This document shows, in pieces, positions 20,469-29,443 of a stretch of DNA of 64,000 nt (its first letter is position 1; each line of letters opens with the position of its first letter). The translations under genes were made by a program, and so were the position numbers. Under the pieces are notes generated by a model, which did not search any database, was not told the origin of the DNA, and saw only the letters and a list, made by a program, of their open reading frames with translations. The DNA comes from a virus: IMG/VR virus record IMGVR_UViG_3300028920_000059, positions 1 to 64,000 of that record; one strand, given 5' to 3'.

Positions 20469-21133
20469 TGGGCAGGAAAATTATAGCCATGAGCCTCTAT
20501 GGTAACGCCCCGCAGTACACTCTCGGGGCCGTAGCCAATGCTAAGCTCATGCCATTGGTCTACCCGGACTGGACGCTACGCATTTACTACAACACCCTCA
20601 AGGGCATTCCAGAAATAGCCCAGCTCAAGGAACTCGGTTGTGAACTCGTTCCACAACGCCCCTCCAGAGGACAGGCGGGGATGTTCTGGCGATTCCTGGC
20701 AGCTTGGGGAGCTAATACTGAGCGGGTAATTTTCAGAGACAGTGATAGCCGCATCAATCATAAGGAGGCAGCGGCGGTCCAGGCTTGGGAAGCCCTGGGC
20801 CACGATGCCCACTGCATGCACGACCACATGCACCACCGGTCGCATCCGCTGTTTGGTGGTATGTGGGGCGTCAAGTTTGGAGTACTGCCGCGGGAGCTTC
20901 GTCGTGAGGCGCTTCGACTTGGCCGCCAACGACAGCCTCGGGTTGCGGACATGCGTTGGCTGGCGCGGAAGGTGCTCCCGAAAATCAAGAAGTCCTTACT
21001 ACGCCACTCCAGTATTCCGGTACGGTGGCCTTCGGTTCCTTTCCCGGACCACGCACCGATGGAGGGATTCATCGGCCAGCAGTATGATGAATTCAATCAG
21101 CCAATCGATCCACTGAAATCGGCGGGGGTGTGA
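20465..21133 (+). CDS. Glycosyltransferase-like conserved protein
   Basis: SLYG...YTLGAVANA, MFWRF, IFRDSDSR, HCMHDH..H...LFGGMWG. Confidence 0.6.
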   Translation: MMGRKIIAMSLYGNAPQYTLGAVANAKLMPLVYPDWTLRIYYNTLKGIPEIAQLKELGCELVPQRPSRGQAGMFWRFLAAWGANTERVIFRDSDSRINHKEAAAVQAWEALGHDAHCMHDHMHHRSHPLFGGMWGVKFGVLPRELRREALRLGRQRQPRVADMRWLARKVLPKIKKSLLRHSSIPVRWPSVPFPDHAPMEGFIGQQYDEFNQPIDPLKSAGV

Positions 21134-21193
21134 GGGGCCTTCCCGAGTGTGTTCAGCCCCACCCGAAAAACCTCACATCCCCGCCTTTATTTT
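21121..21193 (+). terminator. Long-stem terminator at the convergence of the two transcription blocks
   Basis: GGCGGGGGTGTGAGG / CCTCACATCCCCGCC 15-bp stem followed by TTTATTTT. Confidence 0.65.
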
Positions 21194-21444
21194 CAGTAAC
21201 CGGTCACCAGCGTAGCCAGCACCATCGCACCCAGTAGGAACAGGACGAACAATAGGGCCGACAACCACTGGGGGAGGGTCATCTTGAACCCAGGCTTTGG
21301 CTTCGGCGCCGGCGGATGGGCTTGGCACCAACGACGATGCTCCATGCTGTCCTCTGGGTCCCACTCAAGGGTCGCGCGGCCGGGGTCCATTTCCCCATTC
21401 TCCACCTTTTGCTTTTCGGTGCCGTGGACGTAGCGGATAGTCAT
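21193..21444 (-). CDS. Small membrane protein
   Basis: C-terminal TM segment; start uncertain. Confidence 0.45.
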   Translation of the reverse strand: MTIRYVHGTEKQKVENGEMDPGRATLEWDPEDSMEHRRWCQAHPPAPKPKPGFKMTLPQWLSALLFVLFLLGAMVLATLVTGY

Positions 21445-21613
21445 AGGTACTTCTCTTTCATCCGTTGAATGGTAGTGGCTTGTTTCGTTGTAGGGGTCCA
21501 ATTTATATAAACGGCTTTGGTCAACAAACTATCTATGAAGTCCGCCTCCCAATCGGAAACAGACCTGTCCATGTTGTCCAAGTCATCCAGAATGGAAATA
21601 GCTTCGTCCCTCG

Positions 21614-22180
21614 TCATAATTCCACCACCGTTCCTGTTTTGAGTTCGTTGATGTGGGTGACCATGATAAACTGCACGTCCATCTCGTCGGCGAGGGTTTC
21701 CAGTAGTTCACGGATCCTCTCGCGGTACTCCTCGCTCACGTACTTGAATGGTTCATCCATTATGAGAACACGACGCAAGGGTGGTTTATTGAGGATCAAG
21801 CACGAAAGCCGAAGCGCAAAGCTGGCTACGTCTACGACGCCACCTCCGCTTGCGGTCATGGGATCGACTTCGGTACCATCGCGCTCAAATGTTAGCCGAG
21901 CCTCCGTACGGTTGCGCTTGCGCTCAAAGTGGATATTGAAAGTGTACGGCTCGTCAAAGACGGCGCTTAGGCATCGACTCACGACGCCGGCGATTTGATC
22001 GTGCGCCTGCTGCTGAACTGCTTGAGCAACATGCTGAGCCAAGTCCTGCGCGGCTTTCGCATCCTCAATACGTTGTTCGTTGGCGGCTATATCAGACGCG
22101 ATGGATTTACAACGGGAGCGGGCGGCGTTGAATTCACCCAGCTTCCGATTTATCTTTATGCGTGCGTTAGCAAGATCCAT
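21614..22180 (-). CDS. Rad50/SbcC C-terminal half
   Basis: Coiled coil, signature ASGGG, Walker B VLIMDEPF, H-loop MVTH. Confidence 0.85.
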   Translation of the reverse strand: MDLANARIKINRKLGEFNAARSRCKSIASDIAANEQRIEDAKAAQDLAQHVAQAVQQQAHDQIAGVVSRCLSAVFDEPYTFNIHFERKRNRTEARLTFERDGTEVDPMTASGGGVVDVASFALRLSCLILNKPPLRRVLIMDEPFKYVSEEYRERIRELLETLADEMDVQFIMVTHINELKTGTVVEL

Positions 22181-23169
22181 TAGTCATCCAATCCGGGAAG
22201 CTGTCCAAGCCGACCGTTGAGGAGTTGGCGGAAATAGTGGATTGTATAGTATAGACCCATATCCAAGTCGATCTCTGGCTTCCAGCCAATCTCCTCTCTA
22301 GCGCGGTCGATTACCGGCTTGCGCTTAGTAGGATCATCCTGGGGAAGCGGACAGTAGGTCACTTCAGACTTAGTTTTGGATATATGTTTTTTGACAGCCA
22401 CTACCAGTCCTTTCATCGTTGTCTCGACTGGGTTACCGAGATTGATTGGTCTATGGCAGTTTTCGGTATTCATCAACGCTTGGAGTCCGTAGATCAAGTC
22501 ATCGACATACATAAAGCAGCGAGTCTGTAGTCCGTTCCCGTAAATTGTAATATCCTCATTGCGGAGAATCTGGCAAATAAAATTGCTAACCACGCGTCCG
22601 TCATTCGGGTGCATGTATGGGCCGTAGGTATTGAAGATGCGTGCGATACGAATATCAACACCATACTCGCGGCTGTAGTCCATGAAGAGAGCCTCAGCGC
22701 AGCGCTTCCCCTCATCGTAGCAGGCACGAATCCCGTTCGGGTTAACTCGACCCCAATATGATTCGTGTTGCGGATGCACTTCGGGGTCGCCATAGACCTC
22801 TGAGGTACTGGCTTGGAGGATCCGCGCGCCTGTGCGTCGGGCAAGATCCAGAACGTTGATTGCTCCGTGAACGCACGTCTTGATCGTCTCGACCGGGTGG
22901 CGCTGGTAGTGGATCGGTGAAGCGGGACAGGCGAGATTATAGATTTGGTCAACCTCGATATGGATAGGCTGGGTAATGTCGTGTCGGATCACTTCCAGAC
23001 GTTCACGCCTCTTAGGTGTAACACCGTGCAGCGCATGACGCAGGTTGAACTTGGATCCCGTATAGAAGTTATCCAGGCAGATTACTTCGTGGTCGCAGAG
23101 AAGCAAGAAGCGACAGAGATGGGAGCCGATAAAGCCGGCGCCGCCGGTAACGAGAATGCGCTTGGTCAT
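22180..23169 (-). CDS. uxs: UDP-glucuronate decarboxylase (UDP-xylose synthase)
   Basis: [59 protein letters not shown]. Confidence 0.92.
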   Translation of the reverse strand: MTKRILVTGGAGFIGSHLCRFLLLCDHEVICLDNFYTGSKFNLRHALHGVTPKRRERLEVIRHDITQPIHIEVDQIYNLACPASPIHYQRHPVETIKTCVHGAINVLDLARRTGARILQASTSEVYGDPEVHPQHESYWGRVNPNGIRACYDEGKRCAEALFMDYSREYGVDIRIARIFNTYGPYMHPNDGRVVSNFICQILRNEDITIYGNGLQTRCFMYVDDLIYGLQALMNTENCHRPINLGNPVETTMKGLVVAVKKHISKTKSEVTYCPLPQDDPTKRKPVIDRAREEIGWKPEIDLDMGLYYTIHYFRQLLNGRLGQLPGLDD

Positions 23170-23408
23170 AACAGGTCCTTATATTCTTCGGTGAACTTAG
23201 ACATAGCCTTATCGAATTTTTCCTTGGCCTTCGCTTCCTTTTTCTTCAGGTCCTCCAGGAGTTCCTCGGCGGAAGGAAGATTATCGACATCATACTCATC
23301 CTTGAGTCGTGCCAGCGCCTCCTCTAATCGACCCTGAGCGCGGTCGGCCTCTTGTTGTAGCTTGGCAGCTTTATTCTTGAGCTTGACCAGCTCGTTAGCA
23401 CGACTCAT
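23166..23408 (-). CDS. Small coiled-coil protein
   Basis: 80 aa, K/E-rich heptads; coupled by overlaps to both neighbours. Confidence 0.65.
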   Translation of the reverse strand: MSRANELVKLKNKAAKLQQEADRAQGRLEEALARLKDEYDVDNLPSAEELLEDLKKKEAKAKEKFDKAMSKFTEEYKDLL

Positions 23409-24316
23409 GACATGGCCTCCAAAATCATCTGCCGCACTGCGGCGTTTGGTTTCTTCTCCTCCAGCGCCCGCTCTATAGCGGACTCAAAGTCAAGTCCGGT
23501 ATCCTGGAGCTTGACCAACTCCTCAAGGAAGTCTTTCAGCTCCATATCCTCATTGGCTTTCGGAGTAGAAGTCTCTTGAATAATATCGTCGGAGCAATCC
23601 AGATAGTGGACTTCAATAGTCCCGTCGCTCATGATGACCCCGACCTGCGGTTTGTAGTCGATCTCATCTGACTTGCGGCGCATAAGCGTTCCGCAGTTGA
23701 AGATTGTTTGCTCCGCGTTATATACGTGGAAGCCTTTGTGGTTATCCCCGATAATGATAACATCCCAGCCTTCCAAGCCCTTCATGTTGGTTAGCTTCGC
23801 TTCCTTCGGAGCGCCAGGATACTCGCACCCTTTGATCCAAGTATAGGCGTGAACGAGGGCGACATACGTTGTGGCAATGTGATGACGGGTGGGGGATACT
23901 AACGGGACTCCCCACGGGTAGCCAGATAGAAGGATGCCTCCCTTGGAGTTGACAACGTGAGCGTCCTTATCCCCGCTCAAATCACTAATAACTCCAGCTT
24001 CTACTAACGTCCAATACGCTGAGTCGGATATTAGATCAAGTCGATGGTTAGGAAGATCGTGTTGTCCAGGGATAGCAAAGACCTTTTTTGGAAAATGGGA
24101 AATAGCCCAGTTGATCAGACGCGGCGAAGAGAACCACCGGTCGAAGATGTCGCCAGCTATCAATACCGGCACGTCCAGCGTCTCTTGCAGCTCTCGGATA
24201 TAGCCTAGCGGTATATCCATTGCTTCAAGCCAATCCTCCTCACCAGCGCGGGCCAGTGGAGGTCGCAGCGAAAGGTGAAGGTCTGAGCAAGCGATAGCTA
24301 TAGGCTTTGGCCGCAT
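23405..24316 (-). CDS. Mre11/SbcD-like metallophosphoesterase nuclease
   Basis: SDLH, AGDIFD, PGQHD, GDNH, NCGTLMR. Confidence 0.85.
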   Translation of the reverse strand: MRPKPIAIACSDLHLSLRPPLARAGEEDWLEAMDIPLGYIRELQETLDVPVLIAGDIFDRWFSSPRLINWAISHFPKKVFAIPGQHDLPNHRLDLISDSAYWTLVEAGVISDLSGDKDAHVVNSKGGILLSGYPWGVPLVSPTRHHIATTYVALVHAYTWIKGCEYPGAPKEAKLTNMKGLEGWDVIIIGDNHKGFHVYNAEQTIFNCGTLMRRKSDEIDYKPQVGVIMSDGTIEVHYLDCSDDIIQETSTPKANEDMELKDFLEELVKLQDTGLDFESAIERALEEKKPNAAVRQMILEAMS

Positions 24317-25317
24317 AGCGGGCACTCCTCTCCCATCTCGTCGTGGAATTTTTGATCGGCAGCTTTGGCTGCCTTTTTGAGATCCAGCCACTCAGTCGTT
24401 GCCGCTTTGACAGTCCCGATCAACTCTGCCAGCTCAACGCGATCTGCGTCAACCGCATGAATATTGAGTTGCAGGTCAACTAGCTTCTGGACATCATCCT
24501 CCGGGATCCACCGATTGGATGCAATCTCGTCCTGGCGCATTTGGTTGATTATTTTCTCCAACGCCTCCACCTGCTCGTGGATCCTCTCCCACTGGTCGCC
24601 CAGAGAGATAACCTTATGGGCCGCCTCCAGCGTCTCTCGCTGGTGCTCTTGTTGGTGGGTATGCTCGCCTAGGGTCTGGATCAGATCAGCGAGCACACGC
24701 GATTCCTCGGCGTGCTGGAGCCATTCGCCGTTGTAGACCTGGGCTAGGGACAGCTCCCCGTCGGCTTTGCGCGTCCACTTGAGCTTGGCTCGTTCCTCCT
24801 TCGCCTCCTCCAGCTGGCCGGAGAGGACCCGAGCCTCCGCCAGAGCATCACGATTGGTCTTGTCCAGCTTGGCTAGTGTTGAATCTATAATCTCAAGATC
24901 AACGATGCGGTTCAGCTGCCGACTGACTTCGCCTGCCGTTTCGGTAAACCAGAAGGGACTATCGTGCTGGCCTTGGAAGTTGATTTCATCCAGGTTGAGG
25001 AGCGTGGTGATATCCTCCGGTGGCTCGTTCCCGAAGGCTTTGTAAACCTCGTCGTCCAGGAAATAGTCATTTTTGGATTTGGAGCGCTGCCGAGTAATGC
25101 ACCGGCCATCGACCGATAGATTGACTTCGGCTTGCTTCCCGCCGTCGCGGATGAATTCTTGGCCAGCCGGACGGTTGGTTGCAAGCCAGCGAAGCGCACG
25201 AATGACTGCGGACTTTCCTCGGTCGGAGGCACCGACGATTGACGTCACGCCTGGGTCGAGATCCAGCGCCAGCTTCTGGTGGGCTTGGAAGTTCTTGATG
25301 GTTAGCTTAGTGAACAC
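24298..25317 (-). CDS. Rad50/SbcC N-terminal half
   Basis: IKNFQAH, Walker A GASDRGKS, Q-loop QGQHD, coiled coil ending in zinc hook CPLCG; GTG start with GGAGG. Confidence 0.85.
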   Translation of the reverse strand: MFTKLTIKNFQAHQKLALDLDPGVTSIVGASDRGKSAVIRALRWLATNRPAGQEFIRDGGKQAEVNLSVDGRCITRQRSKSKNDYFLDDEVYKAFGNEPPEDITTLLNLDEINFQGQHDSPFWFTETAGEVSRQLNRIVDLEIIDSTLAKLDKTNRDALAEARVLSGQLEEAKEERAKLKWTRKADGELSLAQVYNGEWLQHAEESRVLADLIQTLGEHTHQQEHQRETLEAAHKVISLGDQWERIHEQVEALEKIINQMRQDEIASNRWIPEDDVQKLVDLQLNIHAVDADRVELAELIGTVKAATTEWLDLKKAAKAADQKFHDEMGEECPLCGQSL

Positions 25318-25795
25318 CGAGTTGCCTCCTACCGTATTCGGCGATACAGAGAGCATCGGCCAGACCGTCGTCATCCTTGGTGGAGCGGGCCGTGCGTTTG
25401 AGGCTGACATCGGGAAACAATCGTTTGGCCACCAGAATGGCTACATCCTTGGTCCCCTTGGGCATGTCCTTGCACATGACCCGCTTCCAAGTGGTGGGGT
25501 GAACGAGGGTGTAGGGCAGGTGGAGACCTACGCATATCCCTCGAAGCAGTCCCCAGCCGGCCCCAAAGTTGAAGGCCGAGGCAATTCCTTGGCCGGGCAT
25601 GGACTGGACTTTCTCGATATAGACATGTTGGATGGCGCTCCGCCGGTGCTCTAGGATTTGCCGCACGGTCACCTCGTCCACCGCTCGCTTGTTTTTGGTA
25701 ACACGGAGGACCGGAAGGGGACGAACGGTTACGCCCCGTCCCCGCCGGAAGGCGATGGCTCCCTTCATGCCAGGGTCAATTCCGATGATCATCAT
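25307..25795 (-). CDS. ruvC: RuvC-like Holliday junction resolvase
   Basis: IIGIDPG, YIEKV, AFNFG, PTTWK, DGLADALCIA; AAGGAGG RBS before ATG 25795. Confidence 0.85.
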   Translation of the reverse strand: MMIIGIDPGMKGAIAFRRGRGVTVRPLPVLRVTKNKRAVDEVTVRQILEHRRSAIQHVYIEKVQSMPGQGIASAFNFGAGWGLLRGICVGLHLPYTLVHPTTWKRVMCKDMPKGTKDVAILVAKRLFPDVSLKRTARSTKDDDGLADALCIAEYGRRQLGVH

Positions 25796-25814
25796 AAAGC
25801 CTCCTTGTGAAAAA

Positions 25815-26186
25815 ACCGTACCAAACCACACCTGACCGAACCCTACCTTACCCAACCGTACCGAACCTGCCAAACCAAACCTAACCCTATCCAAGCCAAC
25901 CATACCGCACCTTACCTAACCCGACCTGCCAAACCAAACCGTACCTCACCACACCGTACCCGACCGTACCTAACCAAAGCTCACCATACCTGCCATACCT
26001 TACCAAACCTCACCCTACCCCACCATACCGGACCCAACTTCACCCCACCATACCTGCCATACCTTACCAAACCGAACCGCACCTTACCCTACCCTACCAC
26101 ACCGAACCTGCCAAACCCAACCGTACCTTACCGGACCCCACCGAACCGAACCGTACCTGCCAAACCCAACCAAACCACACCGCAGC
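25815..26186 (-). ncRNA. GGT-NN pentamer array (~70 pentamers; leader plus six 49-64 nt units delimited by GGCAGGT), putative guide-RNA array
   Basis: Strict 5-nt phasing of ACC on + (GGT on -) with variable dinucleotides. ACCTGCC delimiters at 25865, 25924, 25988, 26052, 26106, 26155. The repeat itself is certain; the RNA function is inferred. Confidence 0.75.
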
Positions 26187-26191
26187 CAAGT

Positions 26192-26677
26192 CTACAGTTG
26201 ATCGATGACGTGCCAGACGGCGGCTAATTCTCTGAGGGCTGCGTATTTTGTACGACAGACTTTTAGTTCTGCTCGTGCCCGTTGGAGTACCTGCTTTCTC
26301 CGTTTCGGATCAGCTAGGGCTTCCTCCAGGCTTACCCATTCGTTTCGCGGAGCATCTTCGTCCTCCGTCTCTGTTTCCCGCACGACGGGGGTGTATACAC
26401 GAACAGGTGTATCCACCCCTTCAACTCGTACAACGATGGACCGAAGCATTTGGGCCGCTCGGATACGATAGTATTCCGTTGCCGCCTGCTCCTTATCCTT
26501 GATGTATATTTCGGGGTGGAGAGGACTGTTCTTTTTCTTGGCCTCCTGGACCAAGATGGCGGGCGTGACCCCTCCGCCGTTGGCTTTCCGTAGACGTTGG
26601 ATTTCTTTGTGGGCTACCTTGGCATCAATCCTGGATTGATAACCGGCCTTCCATTCTACCTTGATGGTTTTTGCCAT
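26192..26677 (-). CDS. Conserved phage protein between the RAMP-like gene and the array (accessory)
   Basis: AAGGAG RBS; VTPAILVQEAK..NSPLH....D.EQAA..Y..RAAQMLRSI motif; stop lies a few nt before the array. Confidence 0.7.
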   Translation of the reverse strand: MAKTIKVEWKAGYQSRIDAKVAHKEIQRLRKANGGGVTPAILVQEAKKKNSPLHPEIYIKDKEQAATEYYRIRAAQMLRSIVVRVEGVDTPVRVYTPVVRETETEDEDAPRNEWVSLEEALADPKRRKQVLQRARAELKVCRTKYAALRELAAVWHVIDQL

Positions 26678-26700
26678 GGTTTTTCTCCTTGGGAAAGACG

Positions 26701-27282
26701 TCAATTGGTTTTGACCTGGAACCTTCCGTAGTCGCCTCCCTTTTGAGGACGCATCTCCAGTAAGCCCACGCCGAAACCGGCTCGGTCCAACAGGTTCACG
26801 ATGTCGTCCGGGCGAAGATTTTCTGCATCGAACTCGATGCTAATGTCGCTCTCCCACCCGCTTGGAAATTCGGGACGGTATCGGAGATCCGTTCCTCCTT
26901 GGCCAACTCGGACGCAGTCCTCCCTCATCACCGGTTCACCACATCGCATGGGGATTGTGTTGTTCGCGTCGGAGCATAGGACGAAAAGGGATTTGCGAAC
27001 CAGTGTCTTTTCGATTCCGATATCCTTGTGGGCTGCGTTGATGAGGCTCTGTTTGATTGCTCCAGCGGGGATTCCGTATTGCCCGTCCTCTGTTCTATGA
27101 GTGGCCGCCTCGCACTCTTCTTCTGGGATACACACTTCACGAGTTTTGGTTTTCCTGCCCTCCTTTTTGTCTCGCATCTGCTTGCGAGCTTTCTCGGCCC
27201 AACTATGTTGGATCAAGGGAGAGGTCCCTTGGATTGTGACGCTGAGAACTTTGCGTTGGATTGGCTTTAGCTTGATGGCCAT
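26701..27282 (-). CDS. Stand-alone Cas7/RAMP-like RNA-binding protein
   Basis: N-terminal strand VTIQGTSPLIQH, IPAGAIKQSLINAA (compare RAMP IPGSSLKG), thumb-like MREDCVRVG...RYRPEF, C-terminal Gly-rich loop GFGVGLLEMRPQKGGDYGRF; AAAGGAG RBS. Confidence 0.7.
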   Translation of the reverse strand: MAIKLKPIQRKVLSVTIQGTSPLIQHSWAEKARKQMRDKKEGRKTKTREVCIPEEECEAATHRTEDGQYGIPAGAIKQSLINAAHKDIGIEKTLVRKSLFVLCSDANNTIPMRCGEPVMREDCVRVGQGGTDLRYRPEFPSGWESDISIEFDAENLRPDDIVNLLDRAGFGVGLLEMRPQKGGDYGRFQVKTN

Positions 27283-27346
27283 GATTGGCTCCTTTCTTGT
27301 GTCTAGGACACGCTCTTTTTATGATTACAATAACACCGACGAGATG

Positions 27347-27673
27347 TCATTGTGGTGATTGTTGTTCACGGGAACGCCTTTCCTCCAGCGCATTCAGGAC
27401 GGTGGATTTGTAGTGGTCCCATCCTTCCCAATACCCAGCGTTATAGGCGTCCATGAGAGCCTTTTCCAATCGACTGGGGCGGTATAATATGGACCACTCC
27501 CATAGACGGTGCGGCCAGCGAAACAGGAGGTGGAGTCCTAGGTAGGTACACACCGCTTCATCCCGGACTACGTTGAACCAGCATACACGCATGCCGGTAG
27601 GATATTTTTCGAGCGGCTTGACTGTGCGGAGTGGCCAGATCATTCCTTCAGCCCCCAGTTGTGGTGGTAACAA
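27347..27673 (-). CDS. Hypothetical protein
   Basis: ORF in tightly packed - strand block; start uncertain (27643 possible). Confidence 0.45.
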   Translation of the reverse strand: MLPPQLGAEGMIWPLRTVKPLEKYPTGMRVCWFNVVRDEAVCTYLGLHLLFRWPHRLWEWSILYRPSRLEKALMDAYNAGYWEGWDHYKSTVLNALEERRSREQQSPQ

Positions 27674-27939
27674 TTCATAATTTCCAGATCGTCTGGTCCA
27701 GCGGGTAGGCCGGCAGGTAGCTTCCCGGGTTGGCCAATTGACTTCTTGGCTTTGATATACTCAAGAGGATGAACCTTCCCTTTGGCAATACCGGCCTCTA
27801 TTATATCGCGGATCGGACCGCTAAGTTGGTCAACAAGGGAAGTCGAGTATTCAGCCAGCTTCTCATGGATGAACTGATGGTAGTTCTTCCAGCGCTTGAT
27901 TTCAGTAATACTTGGATTGCGACTAATACGGTTACTCAT
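27640..27939 (-). CDS. Hypothetical protein
   Basis: ATGA overlap with the exonuclease stop; AGGAG RBS. Confidence 0.55.
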   Translation of the reverse strand: MSNRISRNPSITEIKRWKNYHQFIHEKLAEYSTSLVDQLSGPIRDIIEAGIAKGKVHPLEYIKAKKSIGQPGKLPAGLPAGPDDLEIMNCYHHNWGLKE

Positions 27940-28832
27940 TCTCCTCTCCTTCTCAGCTTCGGTCGCATTGTATTAAAGAAGGAGATCCACTCCCCACGGC
28001 GCGGTTTGCGTAAGTAACTTAGGAAGCCATAACGCTCACACATGGAGAAGAAGGCATCTGGGTTGTACTCGGGTTCCCTCAGTTCAAAGGTTTTGGTCTT
28101 GAGATGGGGAAGCGCCACCAGCTTTTCGTTGCGGCTGATAATCGTCTCACCGTCGTAGCTGGTAATGGCTTTGTAGGTTTTGTAGTGAGGAGGGAGCTGG
28201 CGAGTCAGGAACTTGATTGCTGTTTTTACTCCGACTCCGGGAACGCCCGGCACGTTATCGCCCGAGCATCCTGCAATGCATTTGACGTCACGCCAGAGAG
28301 CAGGTTCAATTCCCTTCGCTTCGATAAAGCTGTCGGAATCATAGCCCTTTCTTCTTGCGGGATCGTACCAGCGAACGTAGTCGCTGATGCACTGCCAGAG
28401 ATCGCCGTCGGCAGATACGATGATTCCTTTTTCCTTATTACTAGTCAGGATGTTGGCTGCCTCTGCGATCAGGTCGTCGGATTCCAATCCGGTTTGGCGA
28501 ATGACTTGAAAGCCGATAGCTGGGAGGATCGTTCGACGTAGCAGCTTGATTTGGTCGTACATTATGCCCAGCTGCTCTTTCTCCTCGTCGGTCATATCCT
28601 TCTTACGATCTCCCTTGTAGGACGGGAGGATCCGCTTACGATAGGACTGGCGCGAGTCGAAGAACAGTACGACCTTATTGGAGTTGATGTTGGGATCGGA
28701 GCAGATCGTACGAAGCTGTTCCCAGAATCCAAACAGGATGCCGGTATTGAAGTCATCGTAAGCCAGGTCCGCCGTAGCGTAGCGGGCGCGATGCGCGAGA
28801 AATGAAATGTCAATGAGGACCCAGGGCTTCAT
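27936..28832 (-). CDS. 5'-3' exonuclease / RNase H-like (FEN family)
   Basis: LIDIS, FFDS, YKGDR, ESDDLI, SADGDLWQ, GCSGDNVPGVPGVGVKTA. Confidence 0.9.
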   Translation of the reverse strand: MKPWVLIDISFLAHRARYATADLAYDDFNTGILFGFWEQLRTICSDPNINSNKVVLFFDSRQSYRKRILPSYKGDRKKDMTDEEKEQLGIMYDQIKLLRRTILPAIGFQVIRQTGLESDDLIAEAANILTSNKEKGIIVSADGDLWQCISDYVRWYDPARRKGYDSDSFIEAKGIEPALWRDVKCIAGCSGDNVPGVPGVGVKTAIKFLTRQLPPHYKTYKAITSYDGETIISRNEKLVALPHLKTKTFELREPEYNPDAFFSMCERYGFLSYLRKPRRGEWISFFNTMRPKLRRRGE

Positions 28833-28837
28833 ATCTA

Positions 28838-29098
28838 TTATCGCTTGTCAGTCGATAATCCACGTTGGCAACGTGGACACTTGCAGGGAGCACACCAGCG
28901 CAGCTTGTCCACGGCCTCGTTGATAAGACAGGCACTAAAGACATGACGTGCGGTATCCTCACGCTCGTGAGGCTCATATGCCCAACCGTATGCCGTCGTG
29001 ACAATAATGTAGCCATTCTCGTCGCCGGTGTAGTCATCGTCGCACCAGTTCTCAATTCTTTTCTTGAGATACTTGGGCATGTAACGGGGTATCGGCAT
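28838..29098 (-). CDS. Hypothetical protein with C-terminal CxCxxC
   Basis: AGGAG RBS; WCAPCKCPRC. Confidence 0.55.
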   Translation of the reverse strand: MPIPRYMPKYLKKRIENWCDDDYTGDENGYIIVTTAYGWAYEPHEREDTARHVFSACLINEAVDKLRWCAPCKCPRCQRGLSTDKR

Positions 29099-29370
29099 TA
29101 CGCATCTCCTTGTAGCTTGGCCAAGGCTGCACGGGCGAATCGTTCGCATTTAGCATAGCCAGGGCCGTCGGGGTCGGTGATCATTTCCAGCGCATGGACA
29201 ACGTCCGCGATGGCCTCGGGATTAAGACCGGCAAGAGCGTTGACGCAGGCGACGATGCGCGCAGAGTCCTTCGTTGACGTTGTCTGAGCTAGTGGCGACC
29301 CGCCTACGGTACTCCATATAGCGTGGCGGTTATCGTACCACGGCTCCGGTGTGTGCTGTGTCTCTGTCAT
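29098..29370 (-). CDS. Small early phage protein (HTPxPW family)
   Basis: MTETQHTPEPW...ARIVACVNA...ARAALAK; AAGGAG RBS. Confidence 0.65.
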   Translation of the reverse strand: MTETQHTPEPWYDNRHAIWSTVGGSPLAQTTSTKDSARIVACVNALAGLNPEAIADVVHALEMITDPDGPGYAKCERFARAALAKLQGDA

Positions 29371-29443
29371 GGTCTGTTCTCCTTGTGTGGTGGTGGTTCT
29401 AAGCCCAGCCCCGGGTTCGCACCGGGGCACCCGCTTTGACGGA

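Noticed and set aside
25796-25903. N-terminal extension of the RuvC ORF into the array
   Set aside because: A strong RBS precedes ATG 25795 and the RuvC fold starts at IIGIDPG; the extension is just translated repeat.
25815-26186. Canonical CRISPR array or simple microsatellite
   Set aside because: There are no 25-40 bp direct repeats with unique spacers, and the variable dinucleotides on a fixed scaffold do not fit slippage expansion.
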